Source of the DNA: Oculatellaceae cyanobacterium bins.114 | GTDB lineage: Bacteria > Cyanobacteriota > Cyanobacteriia > Elainellales > Elainellaceae | Assembly (NCBI GenBank): GCA_033764315.1 | Contig: JANRJA010000131.1 | Location: forward strand, 1 to 14,145 | DNA length: 14,145 nucleotides | Direction: 5' to 3' | In this document: positions 1 to 7,404 of the stretch, piece after piece | Position numbering within the stretch: the first letter of the stretch is position 1 | Layout of the letters: the number at the start of each line of letters is the position of its first letter | Notes under the pieces: generated by a model | Told to the model about the DNA's origin: nothing | Seen by the model: the letters and a program-made list of their open reading frames with translations, nothing else | Database searches by the model: none | Position numbers and translations under genes: made by a program

Positions 1-1
1 T

Positions 2-1459
2 GAGCGGTATGGGTGTATTGCGGGTTATCCCGATGGCACTTACCGAGGCAATCGTGCGCTGACTCGCTATGAGTTTGCCGCTGGGATGAACGCCTGTTTG
101 GATCGTGTTAACGAACTGATTGCCTCTGGTTTAGGGGATGCCGTAACGCGTGAAGACCTGGCAACGTTGCAACGGTTACAAGAAGAGTTTGCAGCTGAGT
201 TGGCAACAATTCGAGGATTGGTAGATAACTTAGAGGCACGGACTACTGAGTTAGAGGCTAACCAATTTTCAACGACAACTAAGTTGGCTGGTGAAACGAT
301 CTTCTCGGTAGCTGACATCTTTGGTGGTGAATTTGACACAGATGCTGGCAACCAAATTGCTGAACCAGGGGTTGATGAAGCTAATAACACTGTCTTCCAT
401 TACCGGGTTCGTTTGAACTTTGATACCAGCTTTACGGGTAGAGACCGTTTGAGAGCTCGTTTGCAGTCTGGTAACGTAGTTCGCTTCACTGGCGACCCCA
501 GTGCTGGCGAAGCTCGTCTGGGTTATGAACTCGACACGGGTAATGATGTACGGATTGATAGTTTGTTCTACCAATTCCCTGTGGGCGATCGCGCTCGTTT
601 CTTCATCGGTGCAAACGGTATTGGTTTAGATGACCTGGTATTTGGTAACACCATCACGCCCTTTGACAGTTCGGGTCGGGCGGCTGTCTCTCGTTTTGGT
701 CAGCGCAACCCCATCTACCGGATTGCAAACACCACATCAGGTGTTTCGTTTAGCTACCAGTTCACAAACCCTGTGTTGACTCGTAACATTCTCAGCTTGC
801 AGGTTGGCTACGGTGCTGGTGAAAACAACAGCCCTGACCAAAATGATGGCTTGTTCAATGGTGACTATGGCATTATTGCTCAGTTGACTGCAAGAAGCTT
901 GCTCGGTGGCAACCTCGATATTGGTTTGACCTATGTCAACGCCTATATCGACACTGAAGATGATCCCGCCAATCCTCCTGGAAACCGTGATATCTCTGGA
1001 TTACGTCCCTGGGGGCTGGGTAGCCGTTTAGCACGGGTCGATGTCGATCGTCCTCTTTCGAGCAACTCCTATGGCGTGGCAGTGAACTACAAATTTAGTC
1101 CTACTTTCCAACTGGGTGGTTGGGTTGGTTACTCCTATGTGCGGGCGATCGGTGCAGGTGATGCAAATGTGCTGAACTTTGCTGTGACTCTAGCACTGCC
1201 TGACTTCCTTGGAGAAGGCAACTTAGGAGGTCTGATCTTTGGAATGCAGCCTCGTTTAACAGAGTCTGATGATTCCTTGGGCTTAGGGGTCGATGGTGAA
1301 GATATCGATACTGGATTCCACATCGAAGGTTTCTATCGTCTGGCTGTGACTGACAATATTGACATCACACCTGGCATCATCTGGCTCACGGCTCCTAACC
1401 ACAACGAAGACAACGATGATATCTTCGTGGGCACCATCAGAACTACCTTCCGGTTCTAA
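2..1459 (+). CDS. Cyanobacterial outer-membrane porin (SLH domain + coiled coil + OprB-like beta-barrel; SomA/'iron uptake porin' family), 5'-truncated by the window edge
   Basis: The frame is open from base 2 (ERYGCIAGYPDGTYRGNRALTRYEFAAG, an SLH motif), upstream of the ORF-track ATG at 86. Contains LEANQFSTTTKL, RVRLNFDTSFTG, HIEGFYR and the C-terminal IRTTFRF ending in Phe (BamA-type signal). Confidence 0.95.
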   Translation, partial: ERYGCIAGYPDGTYRGNRALTRYEFAAGMNACLDRVNELIASGLGDAVTREDLATLQRLQEEFAAELATIRGLVDNLEARTTELEANQFSTTTKLAGETIFSVADIFGGEFDTDAGNQIAEPGVDEANNTVFHYRVRLNFDTSFTGRDRLRARLQSGNVVRFTGDPSAGEARLGYELDTGNDVRIDSLFYQFPVGDRARFFIGANGIGLDDLVFGNTITPFDSSGRAAVSRFGQRNPIYRIANTTSGVSFSYQFTNPVLTRNILSLQVGYGAGENNSPDQNDGLFNGDYGIIAQLTARSLLGGNLDIGLTYVNAYIDTEDDPANPPGNRDISGLRPWGLGSRLARVDVDRPLSSNSYGVAVNYKFSPTFQLGGWVGYSYVRAIGAGDANVLNFAVTLALPDFLGEGNLGGLIFGMQPRLTESDDSLGLGVDGEDIDTGFHIEGFYRLAVTDNIDITPGIIWLTAPNHNEDNDDIFVGTIRTTFRF

Positions 1460-1525
1460 ATGCCCAAACCCACAGACGCTTGAGCCAACGTCTTGGGATA
1501 AAAGTGAGTGAATGATTGGCTTGCT

Positions 1526-1578
1526 AGGGAGGTGGGAATTCTTCTCGGTCAGAGGGGTTTTTCTCACCTCCCTTTATA
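1526..1578 (+). terminator. Probable intrinsic terminator / 3' stabilising hairpin of porin 1
   Basis: AGGGAGGTGGGAA (1526-1538) pairs with TTCTCACCTCCCT (1561-1573) with one G-U pair. There is an inner stem at 1539-1557 and a T/A-rich tail after it. Confidence 0.6.
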
Positions 1579-1610
1579 TTTGGGTAGTCCTCATAAAAGT
1601 AATGATTTTT

Positions 1611-1651
1611 GAGTAAGGATATGCCACGCAGAGTGTGGCATATCCTTACTC
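1611..1651. repeat. Perfect 17-bp inverted repeat
   Basis: GAGTAAGGATATGCCAC (1611-1627) and GTGGCATATCCTTACTC (1635-1651) are exact reverse complements with a 7-nt spacer. Confidence 0.9.
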
Positions 1652-1835
1652 GTTTAGGACTACTAATCAGTTTTCATAGCATGAACTGTTGTATGCCTTA
1701 ACTGCTAAGCGATTCACCAAAAAAGCTAATGGGTTTACCAGTCCTTATGTAAATCTTGATTTCTATAAAAAAAATTCATCATCTCTTGATTTTTGATGAT
1801 TTCTGATGAAATCTAGCTCCGACAGCAAATTAGCA

Positions 1836-1844
1836 TGCTAGTCT
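1836..1844 (+). promoter_or_regulatory. Candidate extended -10 promoter element for porin 2
   Basis: TGcTAGTCT fits TGnTAnnnT. It lies downstream of an AT-rich tract and about 155 nt before the ATG. Motif match only. Confidence 0.3.
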
Positions 1845-1998
1845 AACTTCATCTAGTCCTTGTGATTCTTGATGGTTTTAGCTGCGAAGACTGAGATTTT
1901 TTGATAATCTGTTTGTGGAGGAACAAAACATCTCCGGTTGTTAATGCTATAACCGTTTAGATTGCAAGTCCTTTTAGTTAGGTGTGAGGACCCATATA

Positions 1999-3750
1999 AT
2001 GTTGCCTAAAGTTCTTTGGAACTCTTTACTGGTTACCCCAGCTCTTTTAGGTGCTGCTCTAATCTCTACATCAGCGATCGCAGCTGATGTAACCAGCACA
2101 ACCGATTCTGCTGAAGCGTTGCTCACCGATGTAGCAACCACTGAAGTCGCTCCTGTTGAAGCATCTACTGATGTTTTGGCTGAAGTTCAAGTGCCTGCTC
2201 AGGTCGCTCAAACTGTAACTCAGCCTGCTGCTGAAGTTGCTCAGCCTGCTCCTGCTGCTTCCGTGACTTCTCTCCAAGAAATCACACAGTACAGCCGTGA
2301 AGTCCGTGGTAATTCCATGGCTCAGGTTACTTCTGTTTCTCAACTGTCTGACGTTCAGCCTACTGACTGGGCATTCCAAGCACTGCAATCTCTGGTTGAG
2401 CGTTACGGTTGTATTGCGGGTTATCCCGATGGTACTTACCGTGGCAACCGCGCCATGACTCGTTATGAGTTTGCCGCTGGTATGAACGCTTGTTTGGATC
2501 GCGTTAACGAATTAATCGCGGCTGGCTTGGCTGATGCAGTGACTCGCGAAGACTTGGCAACTCTGCAACGTTTGCAAGAAGAGTTTGCAGCTGAGTTGGC
2601 TACCCTGCGTGGTCGTGTTGATGCTCTCGAAGCTCGCACATCTGAGTTAGAAGCAAACCAATTCTCTACTACCACAGTATTGCGTGGTCGGACTATTTTC
2701 TCAGTGTCTGACATCTTTGGTGGTGAAGATTTTGGTGTTGACGACGCTAACAACACTGTCTTCCAAAGCCGGGTTCGTTTGAACTTTGATACCAGCTTCA
2801 CTGGTGAAGACCGTTTGAGAGCACGTCTACAAGCTGGTAACTTCAGAAACTTCAATAACGTTCCTACCAGCGCGTTCATTGGTGGTCCTGGTATTGATAC
2901 CGATCAAACTGACCTCTCCTACGATACAAACACTACTAACTACGAAGTTCGTATTTCTCGCTTAGAGTACTACTTCCCTCTCGGTGACAACATCACTGTT
3001 TACTTGGGTGCTCAAGGCGAAAGCATCAGCGATATCGTTACTACCGTTAGCCCGTTTGATGATCCTGAGCAAGGATCTCTCTCATACTTTGGTTACAACC
3101 CAATCTATGACATTGGCGACCAAAACATTGGTGCTGGTGCAACGGTTGACTTCACAGATGACATCCAACTCGGTTTCGGTTATTTGACCAATGATGGCAA
3201 TGACCCTGCTCCAGAGAATGGTTTGTTCAATGGTGACTACACTGCCTTCGGTCAGTTGACCTTGACTCCTGGTGACTTGACACTTGCTTTGACCTACACC
3301 AACTCCTACTTGTCTGCTGATACAGCTGGCACAGGTGGTTCTACTATCCTGAACGGTTACGGTGTTAGTGCTAACTACTCCCTCAACGACACTATCCAAA
3401 TCGGTGGATGGATCAGCTATATCGATAGCAGCATCTTCACTGGCACAACTGGTGAAGGTGACGGTTGGACCTATGCAGGTACGTTGGGCTTCTCTGACCT
3501 TGGTAAAGAAGGTAGCTTGTTAGGCTTCATCGTAGGTGTACCTCCTCGTCAAGCCTTCCTAGAAACCTTTGGTGCAGGTGGTGCTGTTACTCAAGAAGAC
3601 GCAGCTCTACATGTTGAAGGCTTCTACCGTTATCCTTTGACCGACAACATCTCGATCACTCCTGGTGTAATCTGGTTGCTCGATCCCGGTAACGTCAATA
3701 CCAACGATGACATCGTGATTGGTGTTGTTAGAACTAGCTTCAGCTTCTAA
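1999..3750 (+). CDS. Cyanobacterial outer-membrane porin (signal peptide, SLH domain, coiled coil, beta-barrel), probably highly expressed
   Basis: ATG 1999 is preferred over GTG 1984 because GAGGA (1986-1990) gives a Shine-Dalgarno site. Signal peptide ends AIAA. Contains QVTSVSQLSDVQPTDWAFQALQSLVERYGCIAGYPDGTYRG (family hallmark) and C-terminal VRTSFSF. Strong codon bias (GGT/GCT/ACT/AAC/TTC). Confidence 0.96.
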   Translation: MLPKVLWNSLLVTPALLGAALISTSAIAADVTSTTDSAEALLTDVATTEVAPVEASTDVLAEVQVPAQVAQTVTQPAAEVAQPAPAASVTSLQEITQYSREVRGNSMAQVTSVSQLSDVQPTDWAFQALQSLVERYGCIAGYPDGTYRGNRAMTRYEFAAGMNACLDRVNELIAAGLADAVTREDLATLQRLQEEFAAELATLRGRVDALEARTSELEANQFSTTTVLRGRTIFSVSDIFGGEDFGVDDANNTVFQSRVRLNFDTSFTGEDRLRARLQAGNFRNFNNVPTSAFIGGPGIDTDQTDLSYDTNTTNYEVRISRLEYYFPLGDNITVYLGAQGESISDIVTTVSPFDDPEQGSLSYFGYNPIYDIGDQNIGAGATVDFTDDIQLGFGYLTNDGNDPAPENGLFNGDYTAFGQLTLTPGDLTLALTYTNSYLSADTAGTGGSTILNGYGVSANYSLNDTIQIGGWISYIDSSIFTGTTGEGDGWTYAGTLGFSDLGKEGSLLGFIVGVPPRQAFLETFGAGGAVTQEDAALHVEGFYRYPLTDNISITPGVIWLLDPGNVNTNDDIVIGVVRTSFSF

Positions 3751-3788
3751 GCTTAGTTAATTCCTTAAGTCTCAATTGAGGCTTAATC

Positions 3789-3817
3789 AAAAAGCCCCAC
3801 AATTGTGGGGCTTTTTT
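3789..3817 (+). terminator. Rho-independent, possibly bidirectional, terminator after porin 2
   Basis: Perfect palindrome AAAAAGCCCCAC-AATT-GTGGGGCTTTTT (3789-3816) ending in a T6 run, 38 nt after the stop codon. Confidence 0.9.
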
Positions 3818-3840
3818 GTAGGTTTAAAGGGGAAACCTAC

Positions 3841-3868
3841 AAACCCCACTGGAGAACCGGGGTATACT
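3841..3868 (+). promoter_or_regulatory. Promoter -10 (TATACT, 3863-3868) overlapped by a candidate Rrf2-type operator
   Basis: AAACCCCACTGGAGAACCGGGGTAT (3841-3865) contains the dyad ACCCC-N11-GGGGT. TATACT ends 30 nt before the GTG start. Confidence 0.55.
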
Positions 3869-3898
3869 AGAAGAACCCTTAATCTTCCTGTGCAACTT

Positions 3899-4336
3899 GT
3901 GGAACTATCTTGTAAAAGCGAGTACGCCCTGTTAGCGATGTTAGAACTGGCTGCCCATTATACAAGTGGGGAGCCATTGCAAATTCGTCAAATTGCGGCG
4001 GAGCAGAGTATTCCCGATCGCTATCTAGAGCAATTGCTGGCAACGCTTAGACGGTGTGGTTTGGTGCGCTCTCAACGGGGTGCTAAGGGAGGCTATTTGT
4101 TGGCCAGAGAACCCTGGAAGATTACCTTGTTAGATGTGGTGAATGGTATTGAAGGCTCTGATCATCAATCGACTGAGCCACCCAAGGAATTGAAGTCAGT
4201 TGAAGGCATGGTGATTTGGGAAATTTGGCAAGAAGCCGGACAGGTGGCTAATGCTGTATTGCAGAAATATACGTTGCAGGACTTGGCAGACAAGCGCAAT
4301 TCTCGGCGACAGCTCGATATTATGTACTACATCTAA
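3899..4336 (+). CDS. cymR: Rrf2-family transcriptional regulator, CymR-like (cysteine metabolism repressor)
   Basis: Start set at GTG 3899 (MELSCKSEYALLAMLELA, a typical Rrf2 N-terminus). HTH/wing YLEQLLATLRRCGLVRSQRGAKGGYLLA. No C-terminal 3-Cys Fe-S motif. Ends in MYYI and lies 12 nt upstream of cysK. The Rrf2 family call is firm, the cymR symbol is inferred. Confidence 0.85.
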   Translation: MELSCKSEYALLAMLELAAHYTSGEPLQIRQIAAEQSIPDRYLEQLLATLRRCGLVRSQRGAKGGYLLAREPWKITLLDVVNGIEGSDHQSTEPPKELKSVEGMVIWEIWQEAGQVANAVLQKYTLQDLADKRNSRRQLDIMYYI

Positions 4337-4348
4337 TCGATAAAACCT

Positions 4349-5311
4349 ATGCGTATTGCTGAAAATATTACTCAACTGATTGGACGTACTCCGTTAGTCC
4401 AGTTAAACCGCATTCCTCAATCGGAGGGGTGTTTGGCTCGAATTGTTGTCAAATTAGAGGGCATGAATCCCTCTGCCTCGGTTAAAGATCGAATTGGCAT
4501 TAGCATGATCGAGGTCGCCGAGCGGGAAGGAAAAATTATTCCAGGACAGACCGTTTTAGTAGAGCCAACCTCCGGTAACACTGGAATTGCATTGGCAATG
4601 GCTGCTGCTGCAAAAGGGTATCGGTTGATTTTGACGATGCCAGAGACGATGAGCTCAGAGCGACGAGCGATGTTGCGAGCTTATGGCGCAGAGCTGGAAT
4701 TGACCCCAGGAATTGAGGGCATGGGGGGATGTATTCAACGAGCACAGCAGATTGTTGGCTCGTTGCCCAATGCTTATATGTTGCAGCAGTTTAGCAATCC
4801 TGCAAATCCTCAAATTCACCGTGAAACAACGGCTCAGGAGATCTGGGAAGACACCGATGGTCAAGTCGATGTGGTGATAGCAGGGGTTGGTACGGGGGGC
4901 ACGATTACTGGAGTGGCTGAGGTGATCAAGTCGTTGAAGCCTAGCTTTCGAGCGATCGCCGTTGAGCCTGCTAATAGCCCTGTGTTGTCGGGTGGGCGAC
5001 CAGGACCTCATAAAATTCAAGGCATTGGGGCTGGATTTGTGCCGCAAGTGTTGAGAACAGAATTGCTGGATGAGGTCATTGTGATCTCGGATGAAGAGGC
5101 GATCGCTTATGGACGTCGATTGGCTCGTGAAGAAGGCTTGCTTTCTGGTATTTCCAGTGGAGCCGCAATGGCAGCAGCGATTAAGGTGGGTCGTCGTCCA
5201 GAAAACGAAGGCAAACTCATTGTGATGGTGCAACCCAGCTTTGGTGAACGCTATCTCAGTACACCGCTGTTTCAAGACTCAGAGTTGATCGCGTCGGGAG
5301 TCTTGAATTAA
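4349..5311 (+). CDS. cysK: Cysteine synthase A (O-acetylserine sulfhydrylase)
   Basis: PLP lysine motif NPSASVKDR, plus [25 protein letters not shown] and SFGERYLST. 320 aa. Confidence 0.98.
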   Translation: MRIAENITQLIGRTPLVQLNRIPQSEGCLARIVVKLEGMNPSASVKDRIGISMIEVAEREGKIIPGQTVLVEPTSGNTGIALAMAAAAKGYRLILTMPETMSSERRAMLRAYGAELELTPGIEGMGGCIQRAQQIVGSLPNAYMLQQFSNPANPQIHRETTAQEIWEDTDGQVDVVIAGVGTGGTITGVAEVIKSLKPSFRAIAVEPANSPVLSGGRPGPHKIQGIGAGFVPQVLRTELLDEVIVISDEEAIAYGRRLAREEGLLSGISSGAAMAAAIKVGRRPENEGKLIVMVQPSFGERYLSTPLFQDSELIASGVLN

Positions 5312-5476
5312 ACTCTCAACCCTCTCCTCCTTAAATAAACCTGAGTTTGGGAGCAGGATTCTGCGGTAAAAACCGCAGTCTGCGGTGTTAAATACTTGCT
5401 CAATTCAGTAAATCTGAGATGATAGAGGCACTCATAATGCATCCCTTGTTGATGCGGTTGAGGCAGGAGGATGGAG

Positions 5477-5911
5477 ATGGTGACGATTGTTATAGCGGAT
5501 GTGGGTTTGGGACCGATCGCCCGTGACCCTGCCATTCCCTTGTTGGTTTCTGTTGGCTTATTTGTTGCCATTGTGATGATCGAGGGAGCAGTGTTATGGG
5601 CGTTTCGCCGTAAATCGTTGGGGCGATCGCTCCTCCATGCTCTGATCATGAATTTGGTATCTACTGTGATTGGGGTGGTGTTGACAGCCCTGTATTTTTT
5701 ATTGATAAGCCAAATTTTAGTATCAGCTCCAGCCGCACTACGAGTGGGTTTGTTTTTGCTATCGACCTGGGTGTCATCCGTGCTGATTGAGGGGTTGGTG
5801 TTGTTGGGCTTGAAGTGGGAAAATCAACTCAAAACCTGGCAAGCGGTAATGGTTGCCAATGCCCTCAGCTATATATTGCTTGGATTGGTCACGGTAGGAA
5901 TTTTGAGATGA
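5477..5911 (+). CDS. Small hypothetical integral membrane protein (about 4 TM, two-fold internal repeat)
   Basis: AGGAGG (5465-5470) lies 6 nt before ATG 5477 (alternative ATG 5471). Four hydrophobic segments and a repeated IEGxVL...NxxS motif. Its stop overlaps the next start (ATGA). Confidence 0.8.
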   Translation: MVTIVIADVGLGPIARDPAIPLLVSVGLFVAIVMIEGAVLWAFRRKSLGRSLLHALIMNLVSTVIGVVLTALYFLLISQILVSAPAALRVGLFLLSTWVSSVLIEGLVLLGLKWENQLKTWQAVMVANALSYILLGLVTVGILR

Positions 5912-7047
5912 TGGGGGGCGTCAAGCAGTCATTTCGCCAATGCAAGCTGCCCCGACTGCCGATTGTGTTGGGTGTCGCCCACGGTTTGGCGGATGCAACC
6001 ACTGGTTTTATGTTGGGGAGCCTGCCTCACATCGTTTCACTAGACCAGGTTACCTGGCTTATTTTGCTTTATAACGGCTTGGCATTTGGCTGCCAACCCT
6101 TGTTGGGAATGATCGCCGATCGGGTACAACGCCCCCGTTTAATGGTGTGGCTAGGGTTGCTGTGTCTCAGCCTGTCAGTCATGTTGGTTCCGTTTAGAGG
6201 ATATGAGGCGATCGCTTTGGCGGGGGTTGGTTCCGCTGCCTTTCATGTCGGAGGAGGAGCGTTATCCTATTGGGCAACCCCAGAACAAGCTACAGGGACA
6301 AGTGTGTTTGTTGCCCTAGGGGTTGTTGGGTTAGCTCTTGGTGGGGTGTTGGGGTTTGAGCGATATGACATTACTGCTGAGCTAGTGGGGCTGTTAGTTG
6401 GCCTAGCCATAGCGATCGCTGTGACCCGTTTGCCCGAATTACCCTATGGCTCTCCTTCAGGGGTGAGTGTTCAGGCTCAATCATCCATCTCCGATGAATC
6501 TAAAGAAACCCTGCTTCTCATGCTAATCGTGGCGATCGCACTGGGTTCAAGCGTGTGGACGGGGTTGCAACTGTGGTTGTTAGGACAAACTGGGCTAGTA
6601 CTTGGAATGGCGATCGCGGCTGCGGTGGGCAAGATTGTCGGGGGTTACTGGTCTGGGCGGTTGGGTTGGCGACGTTGGACGGTTACAGCATTGCTGTTAG
6701 CGGCTCTGTTATTGGTAGCAGGTGGTGATCATCCCGTGACACTGTTGCTTGGTGTGGCGTGTTTGCAATCGGTGGTGCCAGTCACTCTAGCCGCTACAAT
6801 TCGCTTGATGCCTGGTCATCCTGCAACGGCGGCTGGGTTGGCGTTAGGGGTAGCCATTTTGGTGGGGGGCATTCCAGTCTTAGGAGGCGTAACGCTGTTT
6901 CCGCAAGCGATCGCCCTGGTGATTGTGGTGCTCGCTGCCGCCGCGATTACCCTCTGGATGGGGTTGAATCCGGCTGCCTTTGCCATACCATTGCCTCTCG
7001 TGACATCCCCCAGTGTCTCTTTAGAAGCAGATGCGAAACAGAGTTAA
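5908..7047 (+). CDS. MFS-like multi-pass membrane transporter (atypical, substrate unknown)
   Basis: ATG 5908 overlaps the upstream TGA, which is more plausible than the ORF-track start at 5815. About 12 hydrophobic segments. MFS motif-A-like loops QPLLGMIADRVQRPR and GGYWSGRLGWRR in the two halves. Confidence 0.8.
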   Translation: MMGGVKQSFRQCKLPRLPIVLGVAHGLADATTGFMLGSLPHIVSLDQVTWLILLYNGLAFGCQPLLGMIADRVQRPRLMVWLGLLCLSLSVMLVPFRGYEAIALAGVGSAAFHVGGGALSYWATPEQATGTSVFVALGVVGLALGGVLGFERYDITAELVGLLVGLAIAIAVTRLPELPYGSPSGVSVQAQSSISDESKETLLLMLIVAIALGSSVWTGLQLWLLGQTGLVLGMAIAAAVGKIVGGYWSGRLGWRRWTVTALLLAALLLVAGGDHPVTLLLGVACLQSVVPVTLAATIRLMPGHPATAAGLALGVAILVGGIPVLGGVTLFPQAIALVIVVLAAAAITLWMGLNPAAFAIPLPLVTSPSVSLEADAKQS

Positions 7048-7404
7048 ATTTGTCATGATAGTTCAAAGACTGAGTGCGAACCCCAGAGGGGAACTGCTTC
7101 ACATTAACCCCTTAACCACACCTCATGGGTGAATTGCGACAGGTCTAGAATTGTTCTCTTGGGTCAATGGTTGGCTATCCAACGATTCACTCGTTACAAA
7201 CAATGCCTATTTAGAGGTCTACAGGAATCAGTGAATGCCATTGAGAAACTGATGGCAGAAATTTATCTTTAACAACGACTAACCCCCGGTCTTATTGAGA
7301 AACCTACTTTTGCAAAGGTTAAATTCGATCTCCTCAAGTACAGAGGTGATCCAATTTTTATATGTTGTGCATATTGGGCTTCAAATGCCTAACGTGAGCT
7401 TGTT

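Noticed and set aside
1675..1738. Resemblance to a fluoride (crcB) riboswitch: ATG-AACT...TAACTGC...GCTAATG-GGTTTAC
   Set aside because: P1 and the pseudoknot would rely mostly on G-U pairs, the spacing is off, and the downstream gene is a porin 260 nt away rather than a fluoride-related gene. An Infernal search with the crcB model would settle it.
2219..2250. Direct repeat CTCAGCCTGCT twice with period 21 in porin 2
   Set aside because: In-frame low-complexity Ala/Pro/Gln linker typical of these porins, not a CRISPR or mobile repeat.
67..2879. Two similar minus-strand ORFs (67-390 and 2463-2879) that look like a conserved gene pair
   Set aside because: They are antisense shadows of the paralogous, codon-biased porin SLH/coiled-coil regions.
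3776..3898. 41-aa N-terminal extension of the Rrf2 ORF from TTG 3776
   Set aside because: It runs through the porin terminator and the putative promoter. Rrf2 homology begins at GTG 3899.
5815..5907. ORF-track N-terminal extension of the MFS gene
   Set aside because: It overlaps the upstream gene by 97 nt. The ATGA-coupled start at 5908 is more plausible.
7100..7290. TTAACC-like words resembling SphR Pho boxes (ATTAACCC-CTTAACCA and TTTAACAA-ACTAACCC)
   Set aside because: Repeat periods are 8 and 10 nt rather than the 11-nt period of cyanobacterial Pho boxes, and each has only two units.
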